The position numbers and the translations under genes are program-made. Shown here one piece after another: positions 11,460 to 23,324 of a stretch of 39,753 nt of DNA (position 1 is the stretch's first letter; each line of letters starts with the position of its first letter). Source of the DNA: Craspedostauros australis (taxonomy: Eukaryota). Below the pieces are notes generated by a model. That model searched no databases. It was not told the DNA's origin and worked only from the letters and a program-made list of their open reading frames with translations. Where the stretch lies: assembly GCA_030167865.1 (NCBI GenBank), contig JALAGF010001698.1:1-39753 (forward strand). The letters are read 5' to 3'.

Positions 11460-13787
11460 ATGACGACAATGCACACCCACGAGCAACCCCTGGCCGGAGG
11501 AATCCCAGAGAAGCGACCCTCCATCGCCAGCACCGTGCGTCAGTCCAACGGCAACGAGAATGGCACTGCGCACGGGATGAATGGCATCAATGGCGTTCAT
11601 GGCGCCAACGGATACGCCAACGGATACGCCAACAAACCGTCAGCTCCGCCCGGCAACTTGGTCCTCAGTAGTGCCAGCACCCCCGTGGCTTCCAATGCAG
11701 GCAACGGCGTCCCCAATCCTCCCAGCGGCAGCACGCAGCGTCCGCCACACCCCAACAACGCAAACAGCAACGCGAACAATGACTTCATGGACGACACGGG
11801 CGCCGTCTCCTTCTGCGGCTGCGGCCGACGACCAAGAGATCGCAAGTACCGCCGACGCCCCGGACCGGCCTCCTGGATCACGCAGAGGATACGGCAACGC
11901 CGCGCCTCCCAGGCCAGCAACGGCTCCATCGCCAGCGCCAGCATCCGCACGGCCGATTTCCAAGACGCCAACCAATCGCAGGTCGGCAGCTCCGTCTGGC
12001 CACCCATCAACGACACCGATTCCATGATATTCTTCGATGCCGAGCAGGAGGCCTTGGGCGATGACGAGTATCCCATCACCTTCCTCACGGACGAACCAGC
12101 GCAGCACTACATCACCTTTCAGCTGCAGCCGTTGGTGGCGACATCCAACGACCTAGTCAAGGAGAGCAAGCGCGATGCGACGGTCGCCACGAAGGAGGAC
12201 AGCGGTTCCAGTTTGGATCGCAGTCGTTCGGAGCGGCTGCAGCGAATCGTTCGCAGGCCCACGTTGGAGCATGTGGCGGCATTGCAGACGCCACCCGTCA
12301 CGGTGCCCATCAAGGGATTTCCGGGATCCCTCACGCCGCACGAATTGGAGCTTTGTGTGAGTGTCCAGCGATGCATTCATTGTTCAATATTGTGGAGTAT
12401 TGTCATATGTTGAATGACGCTGAATGAATTATGGGTGCCAACCAAACCTTATTCCTTCCTTCTCACATCTCTCCATTCTTCTCTTTTCGACGACATGCAA
12501 TTCCATGACCATCTCCACCCATCATTCAACGTCATCCCATCGCTCATTCAACCGCAGCAAAAATTCATTCGCGAGGTCCGACTGCGAGTACCCGAGGTGG
12601 CCGAGCAGGTGTACTCGATGCGCGACATCGAGGACGAACCCTACACCATCTGCCGTTGGATGCGCGCCACCAAATTCGACGTCGATGCCATCCTCCAACG
12701 CTTGGAGGACAACGCAGAGGCATGGACGCGTGCCAAGGACAGGAACTTCTACCCAGATCCAAACGAGGCCCTCGGAGCGCCCTTCAGCGTCTTCCTCACG
12801 CAGTATCCCTTCCTCAACATCGGCCGTGCCAAGAACGGCTGTCCCGTCAACTACTTCCAGTGCGGAAAGATCCGTCCGGAAGGCATCCTCTGCCTCACCA
12901 CCCTCAAGCACATGGAGGGATACTTCTGGCATCAGTTCGTCTACAAGTTCAAGATTGCCTTGCAGAACGCACGCCAAGCGAATCCAAACTTCGTGCGCTG
13001 CGAGGGCGTCAACATCCTCGATCTGTCCCACCTCTCCACCTCGGCCCTCACCTCCGACACCATGGACGTCATCAAGATCGCGGGCAAGATCTCAGACTTC
13101 TACCCGGAAACCCTGCACTGCATGCTCATCCTCAACGCGCCCTCTTTCTTCGCCATGTCCTGGACCGTCATCAAGAAGTTCATCGACCCACGCACGGCTG
13201 CACGCATCCAGGTCTTCTCCAACGCCAAGAGGGGCATGGCCAGGATGCGGGAGCTCATCGACGATTCGCAGATCCCCGCCAACTACGGCGGTGGCGGCCC
13301 CTCCGTCGAATCCGTCCTCCTGCGCGAGGCCTCCAAATCATCCTCGCTGGGAACCGCTCTGCTCAAACAGGAGTACGACCTCATGCACATCAGACGCAAG
13401 GGCGGCAAGGCCCATCACACCTTCCAGCTCAATCCAAACGAGACTCTCGAGATCCGCGTCTACACGCGATCCGTCTCCAGCGCCAAATTCGTCGTCAACT
13501 TGTCCAAGGGAGGTGAACAGACCGTCCTCAAGCAGGTCCTCGTGCGCGGTCTCCTCAGCACCAACCCGGACTCGCAGACCAACAGCCCCAACGAGGGCAC
13601 CGAATCCAACGACAGCTACGTCAGCCTCGATCCCATGGCCTATCCCACAGAAAAACTCATCAGCCACAATATCAAGGGGCCCGGCACGATCATCATCGAT
13701 GCGATTGATCAGGATGACGTCAATCATGCCAAGTGGCATGGCCAATCGAGGGGGTACTTTTTGATCGTCGGAAATTATTCGAGATAA
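11460..13787 (+). CDS. Sec14/CRAL-TRIO lipid-transfer protein (~708 aa) with disordered N-terminus, FFAT motif and possible GOLD-like C-terminus; exons 11460-12356 and 12558-13787
   Basis: GTGAGT donor at 12357 and CAG acceptor at 12557 (phase 0). Sec14 motifs ICRWMRATKFDV, GRAKNGCPV, NILDLSHL, FYPETLHCMLILNAPSFFAMSWTVIKKFIDPRTAARI, IPANYGG. Confidence 0.9.
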
Positions 13788-16700
13788 AGCGTGCGCACAC
13801 ACATATAATATATATGCATACATGCATGGTGTTACATACGGTATGGACACGACAGAGGGAAAGCTGCGATCGCAATATCAATAGCCACAGGCAACATAAC
13901 AAAACACAATACAATACAACGTGATTGTACAATTACTCACAACTACAGCATCCGACTTGTACTTGTACTCGCACCGTGGGTGTATAGCGGTGCTGGAGTG
14001 CTCTGTGAGAGCTGCAGGTGGACTCTGGATTAAGCTAATGTCCTTGCAGCACATCCTACGCAAGAAATGAAGTGCAGAGCAGAGCAACTGTTCTCTGCGA
14101 GCGTAGAGTCCCGTGTAGATGCGAATAGCGATTCCATCATCACCCGGATTTCGGGACCATTCTCGACACTGTCCGAATTGGCGTCCGTTTATCGTATCCA
14201 AGACAAATCAAGGAGTCATACGTGCTTTCGCTGTGCTATGTTAGTCGTTGCTCGTTGCGCCGCTGATACGAGCGCAACGCTACCGCGAGCAGAAAAGGAC
14301 GTGCGGACACAGTCGTTCATGTCCTCGTCATCCAAATCTTCGGCATCTATGACGCTTCGCCACCATGATTCGATCCCACCAGTGCGCCATTTCGCGTTGC
14401 AGCATTTTGGGCATCACACGAGCATGATGAATCGCCCTGATGCATCCCGTTGTGCAGTTGGGACCGCAACAAGCGTAGCTGCCATACATGGGAATGCAAG
14501 AATCCTGATTGGTTTGGCTGTGATGATGTGCCATCTGCCATCATACTGAGATGATTCCACGAAGGCTTGGATTTTGCGGTGCTGTGCTCCGAGTCGTCAA
14601 TGATTGGCCTGTGCTTGTCTTGATGCCATTTTGTTTCACTTGTTTGCATGTGGACTTGGTGCATGATGTGATGTAATGCGTTGCTGTTGTTCTATCCACC
14701 CATCCCATGATACTTGGTCTGGCATGTGTTGCACTTGGTTGCTGCGAATGCCGACAGCGAAGTCCTTCGCAAGCGGTCTCCGCATTGGCAACCACCAACG
14801 AGATGAGAATCGCTGAGAACTCCCATCTTCCCTCCCTCCAACCATCACCATGCATGCCTTCCTCTCTCTCTCTCTCTTCAGCCGATGCCATCCACCTCAG
14901 AAATTGTGAGGCGCGTGACACCGTGCATGCCATTGTGAAGACACCATCGATCCATAAATCCTCTTGCCGAAACGAAGCTCTGACTTTTTGGGCATCTTGC
15001 ATTGCGCTTGGTCCAAGTCCAATCCATATCGTGGTGGGCAAGGAAGAGAGGCAAAGAAGATGATGATAACGATGATGCCAATGGTGATATGTGTGGACAT
15101 GCCATGTCATCAATGATGATGGCAACAACGATGCGAACAGCATGTCACAAACGTGCGGTTGTTGTTGTTGTTGCTGTTGTTGTTGGGGCTGTCTGGTTGG
15201 GACCTTTTGGGCGCCGCAAGGGATTTTGGTGCTAGTGCTGCTGCTGCATTTGCAGCCATTCATTGTGCTGCTGTTGCATCACTGTGGCTCTTGGCCGTTG
15301 TCTGCAGGATCGAGAGCTTGCTTCAACAGGTGGGAGCAACGAATTCCCTTGAAGCGGAATGAACACTTGGTTGCAAGAAAATCTTGCAATCGTGCCGCCA
15401 TGGTTGATGAGAATGAGACGGAGAGTGAGTTGTTGATGGGTGGTGCACAAGAGGAAGAAGAGAAATGCAACACTTTGTTCTGATACCAAATACACACGAG
15501 AAGAACCGAACAGAGCAAGGTGTCGTACACATTCGCAAAACGGCACCAAACAATTGAAGGTTGTTATTGCTGCTGTTGTGATGATGTCAGCCTGGTCTCA
15601 GAGGACAAGCTATCACAGGGAACCAGTCCGGACGGCATCCGCAGCTGCACATCGGGATTCGTGGGCTCAAGACAGAGGACGTTTGTGTTCGATGTGCCGC
15701 TGTGGATGGCCGACAAGACAGATTTCCTTGGACAACTTGTCCTTTGGAACAAGGTCAGCATTGTCATCATTGAGGATGGGACAGTGACAGCAGATGCACA
15801 CACACATACACACAGATGCACGCATGACAATGTCATACACAAATGTACGAACTGGTTGTGCCATGGTTGTTGATTTTGGTGGGAAATCCCACCTCGCTTC
15901 CTTCATGAACTTGCATCGTCTTCGAGCAGAGCCATTGTTGGGTTGTGAGGAGTCGCTGTGCTTCAGACTATGAGAATGTACAGGATGTGGATGTGGATGA
16001 TTGTTGTGCTGCAGCTACTGTTGGTGCTCTCTGTACCAATGACAACAACACCGCCGTGTCAACGCACACAACGCATGTGTCCCGCGAGAATGATTGCTTC
16101 TCACAAAAACCTCATCATGCCGAATTCGCTCGGTGTCGCGCAACAACGATGACATTCGCAACAAAAAATTGTGACACACAAGTTTAATCGCGCATTTTTG
16201 TGACAACTGAAATCACTGTCGGCGCAAGTGCAAGGCGCAGAATGCAGGTTTGGTACGAGCCGTTCGTATCGTGCTGTGGAGTTCTTTACAGACCCATGTG
16301 CGCGTCCTTTGCAGCTGGGTGGAGCCACTACACGACCAATCAGCTGTGTCATTGCCGTAGACTCGCATGAGGATAGAGGTCTAGTTGCAGTCTATTTTTT
16401 GCGTTATCCTGTTGGCGACGAGCCTTGGTATTCATGCAAGAACAGGGGGATCTTGGACAGGACCGCGCACCAATCAGAGGCTATGGTGCTGGTAGCGACA
16501 CGAATACACCCAACACGGACAATCGCAGAAACGCGTTGCGGTTATATCCATTCATTCTGGTTGGGCTCGGTTGGGTGGTCTCGGTGCGGTACCTTTCTTG
16601 CGCTACCCTGCCTTGCCTACTCGTTGTTTCTGTTTCTCTCTTTCTGCGGGCGTTCTTGCGCGGTTGTGCGCATGTCTGTCTGTTTGTTTTCACTGGTCGA

Positions 16701-17422
16701 GATGAGCGAGTACGTGGGCGAGCGAACAAACAGACAAGCAAAGAAGCAAAGAGAAATCCGAAGAGTCGATGGAACCATTTTAGTCGGAGCTGTCGATAGA
16801 ACTGTGGACTCACGACAGCATTTCATCAATCACGAACAGGAAAGACGCGCGTGGTTGGCCAATGAGAACGAAGAATTGACCGTGGGCGGTTTGACCGTTA
16901 TTCCGTTCTCGCCAAGTCTGCCCTGGTTGCAGTGTGGACGATCGTTGACCATGGCGATTTTGAGTTTTTGGATTTTTGTGCGTGGGTCTGTGCGTGTGAC
17001 AAACGCATGATGCTTGTGATGGTAATAGTTGCAGAGACAGAAATGATACGAGAACAGAACAAGTTGACTTAGCACCAACCACTCCATCGAAGCATTGCAC
17101 GATTCAAGCAGCAACAGAGTCACTTCCACGTTATATAATATAACATAAGAGGTCGTAGCGAAAGGAAGACCAAAGCAGACCACCAGAGCTCCAAAGGGAA
17201 GACGCATTATAGCAGGAGAGACAGCAAGAGACGGCAAGCAACCGAAAGAGAGAGGAAGGACGCTATCCATTGTCCAACTGCCTCAACTTCGTCGGATTCC
17301 GCTTCTGTTTCGGTTCCATTCCTCAGTGGTCGCAGTTGCGAGACTCGGTCTCTGCGTCACGCCTTCAATTATTCTCATACTAATCCTCGCAATCGCACCC
17401 ATCGCGATCCGAATCCAACGCC

Positions 17423-20175
17423 ATGGGCGCCGAGGGTGAATCATCGACGACAGCAACCGAGAGGATATCACGGACAGTGTCGGTCGAAGCATCCGAAGCA
17501 ACATCTGAGGTGGATTTCGTCGAAGTGGATGCCTCCGTTCCAGCGTCATATGCGCCGCAGCAGGAGGCTCAGGCACCGCAAGCGGCAGCAACCGACAGCC
17601 CGAAACCAGCCACGACGACTAGTGAGCCTCCAGGTGCTGCAACACCAGAAGAAGCCAAGACGGAAGCGACCGCCAACAACACGGTCGGTCATCTCGAAAA
17701 AGTGAGTGGCGGATTCAAGCAAATTTCATGAACAATGATGCATGCACGTTGTTGCATGTCGTCGCATGCTGTTGCATGTTGTTTTCATGGTCTTGGGTAA
17801 CGCGACTTCCATGCTTCGAAGAATAGCATCCACCACTCTTGCGTTTCACATGGCATTCTATTCGTCATTATGCCATGCAATACTATCCAATGCGATTCAG
17901 AATACCCTGCATGACTTGCAATCGACCTGGATTATTGTTCGCAGCTCACAAAACGCGTTTCTTCATTTTCTCTCGCTCGCGGCGGCGCTTGTATTCCTGC
18001 TCTCATTGCTGCCGCCACCTACTGCTGCAACTTGTGTTGCAACTGTTGTTGCTATGCGACATGAATTCGATATCACAGGATCGGCAAGTATTCAATCAGT
18101 TGTTCAGCACGAGACGACCGAAGGACGGATGGGCGGGTTTGTCATCCGGCCTCAAATCCGTCGCGAGAGGGACGGCCGCCGGCGTGGCATCCCTCGTCGT
18201 GCAGCCAATCGCGGGCGCGCAACAACACGGCGTGTCGGGCTTCGTGACGGGCCTCGCAACGGGTGTGGCATCGGCAGTGGCGTTGCCCGTCACGGGCGTT
18301 TGCGTAGGCGCCTACCAGCTCGGTCGCGGCGTCGTCAATTCGGCGGAGGCCATTCAAAAGTCGCATCAGGGCATGGTGTGGGACGAAGCCAAGCGCGAGT
18401 GGTTCTACTACCGCCTTGATGAGGAGGTGGAAGAAATCAAGCAGTTGGAGAAGGAGAAGCAGAGTCAGCCCGGAGTGGGAGCGCCGGTCGGCAACGGACC
18501 TGAACGTCACGTCAAGGATCGGGAATACTACGAACTGCTCGGCGTCTCCACCAACGCCAATGCCAACGAAATCAAGAAGGCGTACTACAAGAAGGCGCGC
18601 AAGTGTCAGTAAGTATTTGGATGGAGGACTATCATGTGGCGTGTGTGTGTGTGTGTTTGCTTGCGCCGTTGTGTATTGTATATTGCGTGTTGTATTAAGA
18701 AAGAGTGGCGATCCATGTATTCATCCATTCATGTACTCATCCATATGCGCAATACTCGTACTAACATTCGCACAAACACGCATACCCCATGTGCACATTC
18801 CATCCACTCCTATCGCAGCCCCGATAAGAACCCAAATGATCCAGACGCAGCCAACAAATTCCAGGAGCTGGGGCACGCATACCAGATACTGGCGAATGAA
18901 CAATCGAGAGCGGCGTACGATCGGGATGGTAAGCCGGATGACAAGAAGCAGAGCGAGCTGCAATTCCAGGACATCGATCCTTACATATTCTTCACCGTCA
19001 TGTTCGGTTCCGACGCTGTGCATCCTTACATCGGGGAGCTGTGGATTGCCAACAAGGCCGACACTCTGCTCAAGGATTCCACGTTGGCGCAGGAGCTCAC
19101 GCAGCAACTCAAGAAGGAGGAAGGCGCGGAGAAGTCAGCGGAGGATGCCACGTTAACGGATAAGCAGCGCGAGGAGCGACGTCTGCAGATGCTGCAGCAG
19201 GATGCCTGGAAGCAGAGAAAGCGCGAAGTGTCATGTGCCGTGAATTTGAGGAAGCGTGTGGAACCGTACGTGGATGGCAGTCAGGATGAGGAGGAGTTCG
19301 TCTCCTTGGCGCAGGCCGAGGCCGCGCAGATCGTCAAGAGCGCCTTCGGTCACATCTTCCTCGAGACGATCGGCGGCGCGTTGGAATGCGAGGCGGAGGA
19401 GTTCCTGGGGTACACGCAGAATGCCTTCAGTGTGGATGGACCGGCCGCCAGCATCAAGAAACGTGCCGTGTCGATGCAGCACAACATGAAAGTCATCGGT
19501 GCTGGCTTCACGGCGGTCAAGGCAGGCAGCCAGGCCATGCGCAAGGTGGAGAGCATCAAGGAGGAGATTCAGAAGCAGAAGGCGGCCAAGGCAGCTGCGG
19601 CGGCCGCCGGCACGGAGGTGCCCGGTGAAGAAAAGAAGGATGGCGCCACCCCCGACACGACCAACCAACCAGCCGACCCCTTGGGCATGGACTCGCAGAA
19701 GGCGAAGGAGACGATGGAGCAGCTGGAGGATACGCTGCCGGCATTCCTGGACCTGGCCTGGGCCATCAACGTGCGCGACATCAACAAAACCCTGAAGGAG
19801 GTGCTGTTCAAGATCTTCCACGACGCGGATATCGACAACGCGACGAAGATCCGACGCGCCGAGGGCCTTCGGATACTTGGGCACGAATTCTACTCCATCG
19901 GCACAGCCGCGGCCGCCATGCAGGAGGAGATCCGCGGCGATCACGAGAAGGCCATCAGCAAAGCCAACGTGGAGGGCGACGACAGCAAGAAGTCGTCCGA
20001 CAAGCCGATGCGGTCGCGCGAGGATATCAGCATGATCAAATTGCGGGCCGAGGTGGCCGCCATGACGACGTTGGCCAAGGCGCAGGGTCAGGAAATCAGC
20101 GAGAAGGATGCCGAAGAACTGATCAAGCAGCAGAAGGCCATGAAGGCGTACATGCAGAAAACGCAGGCGTCGTGA
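17423..20175 (+). CDS. DnaJ (J-domain) protein with DnaJ-X domain (~721 aa); exons 17423-17701, 18079-18608, 18819-20175
   Basis: [61 protein letters not shown]. The HPD motif is rebuilt across intron 18609-18818 (CA|C). DnaJ-X-type C-terminus WAINVRDINKTLKEV..RRAEGLRILG. Exon 1 and intron 17702-18078 are slightly less certain. Confidence 0.9.
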
Positions 20176-20378
20176 GCGAGCCAACCACTGGGTGTGATGG
20201 ATGTGATTTTGTTTGGAACAGTATGGATATGGTAGTAACTGTAATTGCACGTTTGTTGTTGTCCTTTACTGTAAATGATGTTATTTGAGTTATTGATGTT
20301 TGCGTGGTTGGCCACTGTGTGCTGCACAAGTGTTCGAATCGAATGATTGGGTGGGTGAAGGTGGAGGAGGATGAGATG

Positions 20379-21803
20379 CTACAATCCCAAGACTTCATCC
20401 CAGACGTCCGTCTTGGAATGTTCCTGCATCGCCTCATCTGCTTGATGACGACGTATCGATCGTATTTGGAACGGCAGATTGCGGAATCCATTGACACTCG
20501 CGGTGTTGCCTTGCACTTCTCCCGTTGTTGATGACGTCCGTGCAATCCGATCCTCCTCCTCCGGCACCATCTGCCGATAATACTCGCGCGTGCTGTCGGT
20601 CTCGTTGAGCTTGCGCGACAGGATGCACATATCGACCTGCGACCCGCTGCCCAGATCGTTGCGAATGCCCGACGTGATGGCGCGCGCCACGAGATCGATG
20701 GCCTGCTGCCGCGTTGGATTCGAAGGTCCGCATTCCAGCACGCTCGTGGCGGCCAGACCGCCGCTGCCCAACGCCGCGTGCGGCAACGCGACATCCATGC
20801 TGCCGTGCGGATGCAGGCATCGCAGTTCGGGACGTCCATCGGCCGTCATGCCGCCGACGATGAGATTGGCGCCGAGATTGCCGTGCTGGTCGTAGAGGGC
20901 GTCCTGCAGGACGCGGCAGATCGTGTCGATGTCGACGGGCAAGGCGATGAGTTGCGTGTCCATCTTCGCGTGTTGCGATTTTTCATTCCCGATCGTGGCC
21001 ACGTGCTGCAGCTGGTGCAGATTGAGGGTGTAGAGGACCTGCCGCGTGAGGGCGTCGAGATCTGCCGATGTGCCGGCGCCGCATGCCACGCAGTTGGAGG
21101 CCAGGACGTGGATCTTTTCGCATCGTTTGTCGGCCACCATGGTGCCCTCCGTGGCACGCGTGTCGGCAGCCAGGACGATGCCGGTGGCGTTGGCGTCGCG
21201 GAAGATGCAGCCCGCGATGGTCGTGCCCGTTTTGAGGGTGTTTGGTCGGAATGTGGTGCTTGTGCCGGCAATAGGGGTGTCATCATGTTGGGTATTGTGG
21301 GCATTGTGAGTATTGTGATGGATACTTGCAGGTGGCTCGTGGAGATGAAGTCGCAGCTGATGAGTTTGCGTTTGTGATTGCGATCGTGCTGATGGTGGAT
21401 CAGATGCGAAGCTCCCATCCATGTTGGTTTGCTGCCTCATGGAGTAGACCCCGTTGATCTGTCGATCTGAAACAGAAACGAAGGGCACGTTCCTTCCCAA
21501 TCCTCTCTCATCGTCATCGTCATCATCGTCATCTTCGCTGTCATCGTCGTCATCATCACCGTGACCACCACCATCATGCTGCGACGTGTGCGGCCACACG
21601 GGAACGATGCGAGCCTGCAGCATGGGATTGGATGCCTGCGCATGGTTGGGAACCAAGCTGGCGGATCCCAACGTGGATGGAGATTGCGGTCTTGCGGCTG
21701 CTCCATGCAACGCAGCCATGCAGCTCATCAGCGTCCACAGCAACCGACACATCATCAATGCCGTTGGCTGTTGGCAAGTCATGTTGGGGGCTGTTCGTGT
21801 CAT
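20379..21803 (-). CDS. PSMB7: 20S proteasome beta-2 (beta type-7/PUP1-like) subunit with a long N-terminal extension
   Basis: KTG|TTIAG..VLAADTRATEG..VADKRCEKIH..CGAGTSAD, HPHGS, ALGSGGLAA, GIRNDLGSGSQVD. Thr1 codon at 21224-21222. The start may be 21803, 21782 or 21755. Confidence 0.9.
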   Translation of the reverse strand: MTRTAPNMTCQQPTALMMCRLLWTLMSCMAALHGAAARPQSPSTLGSASLVPNHAQASNPMLQARIVPVWPHTSQHDGGGHGDDDDDDSEDDDDDDDDERGLGRNVPFVSVSDRQINGVYSMRQQTNMDGSFASDPPSARSQSQTQTHQLRLHLHEPPASIHHNTHNAHNTQHDDTPIAGTSTTFRPNTLKTGTTIAGCIFRDANATGIVLAADTRATEGTMVADKRCEKIHVLASNCVACGAGTSADLDALTRQVLYTLNLHQLQHVATIGNEKSQHAKMDTQLIALPVDIDTICRVLQDALYDQHGNLGANLIVGGMTADGRPELRCLHPHGSMDVALPHAALGSGGLAATSVLECGPSNPTRQQAIDLVARAITSGIRNDLGSGSQVDMCILSRKLNETDSTREYYRQMVPEEEDRIARTSSTTGEVQGNTASVNGFRNLPFQIRSIRRHQADEAMQEHSKTDVWDEVLGL

Positions 21804-22523
21804 ACTACTATTATACTAGAGTAGCAGGCGTGGGTATGTAGTAGTGGGGCTGATCTCTGCGTTGGTGATGGGCAGCAGGTTTGGCAATTGCCTCCATCAC
21901 GCCTTCCGATCTTTGGTGATCGTGTCGTGGCGCGGTTTTGCGTGTGGAATCCACGGTTGGAACCGCTTCCACGAATCAACCTTGACTGAGTCACGGCGAT
22001 CATTATGAGACGGTTGCCGTGTTTGTGGTTGAGGCCACATGGTCGTGTGATGGGCGAGAGTCACACTTTCGGTTCACCCACTCATTGCTCTTTGTGCGAG
22101 TGTCTGCGACCAGTTTGTCAGTATGGATGTGCGTGCGCGTGTGTGTGTGTACGATGAAGAACAGAGCATGTGCGCAATCGTGTCGTTGGAGCACTCCAGA
22201 GAGAGCCTTTCCCATGCCAACATGGACAGCATTCCATTCTGTTGGTCCTGCTCTACTTGTATCGCTTCAAAGCGTACCGTGCAAAACTGACAGTGAGTTA
22301 TTATTGTGCATTGTATTACACTATGTTGTGCTATGTATAATATGATACTAATTTGTATTGTGTATAATTTGTCATTATCGATGTGGATGTGGTGGTATCG
22401 ATGACAACGACTCAGCGAATGCCGTTGTTCCAACACTCTTTTGTTTTCGCTTTCGATTGACATTCGGTATCACCATTCGTGAATGCAGTGCGATACGATG
22501 TGATGTGATGCGATTCGTCTCAT

Positions 22524-23192
22524 TCACACGCTCACTGTGGGCGCCCACGAGACACGCCTGGCAACTTTCTGCTGTGATGATGCGCTGTGCGGCACCACGA
22601 TCTGCTGTCTCAGCTCCATGACGCGGCGTTCAGTGGCCTCGATGCGATCCAGCAGGCGTGTCTCCAATCGCTGCTGGTGATGGAATTCCGAATTCAGCTT
22701 GGCCTGCATGATCTGAGCATGAGAGAATCCGGCTTGACGCAGGATCTGGTATCGTGCCCATGACGACAGGTAGGCTGGTCTTTTGCTGTGGTGCATCAAG
22801 TACTTGTCGCTCGACTGGACATTGTCGGTCTCGGTGAGGTACGTTTCGATCTTTTGGATTTCGATGGCGGCGACCGTCGTGCGGATGACGCGGATTGGCT
22901 CCCAGTCCAATGACACGGGCGCACCCGACGACACGACGCCATCGCCCATCGTCATGGGATACTCGCGGATCTCGACGGTCGAGAATCGTACGCGGCTTCT
23001 TGTCATCAGTGGCGATGCGCGCTGTGGGGATGGTGGCGACAGCGGTGCTGCGCATCGGCGTGATTGTTCGTCGTCGCTGTCCCACATGGGGTGGGGGGAT
23101 CGTGCGATCTTGCGGTCGCTGGAGCGTCGCATCGACCTCTTGCTGGTTCTGATGATGGAGGTCGTGTTGTTGGTGGTGGTTGGTGCGCACAT
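22524..23192 (-). CDS. Hypothetical protein of the diatom-expanded CSRNP-N-like family (222 aa)
   Basis: Motifs RVRFSTVEIREYPMTMGD..SSGAPVSLDWE and YLS..ARYQILRQAGFS, recognised from memory as typical of this family. Confidence 0.7.
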   Translation of the reverse strand: MCAPTTTNNTTSIIRTSKRSMRRSSDRKIARSPHPMWDSDDEQSRRCAAPLSPPSPQRASPLMTRSRVRFSTVEIREYPMTMGDGVVSSGAPVSLDWEPIRVIRTTVAAIEIQKIETYLTETDNVQSSDKYLMHHSKRPAYLSSWARYQILRQAGFSHAQIMQAKLNSEFHHQQRLETRLLDRIEATERRVMELRQQIVVPHSASSQQKVARRVSWAPTVSV

Positions 23193-23234
23193 TATGCTTT
23201 GTTCGGATGGTATCGTGAGATGGAGGTTTACTGT

Positions 23235-23324
23235 TTGTTGCTTGTTGCTTGCTGCTTGCTGCTTGTTGCTTGCTGCTTGTTGCTTGTTGCTTGTTGCTTG
23301 TTGCTTGTTGCTTGTTGCTTGCTG
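23235..23324. repeat. ~13 x 7-bp repeat TTG(T/C)TGC in the 5' region of the 22524-23192 gene
   Basis: Read directly. Confidence 0.9.

Noticed and set aside
16228-17010. 260-aa ORF upstream of the DnaJ gene
   Set aside because: It has a GTG start, its composition is driven by simple repeats, and no domain is recognisable.
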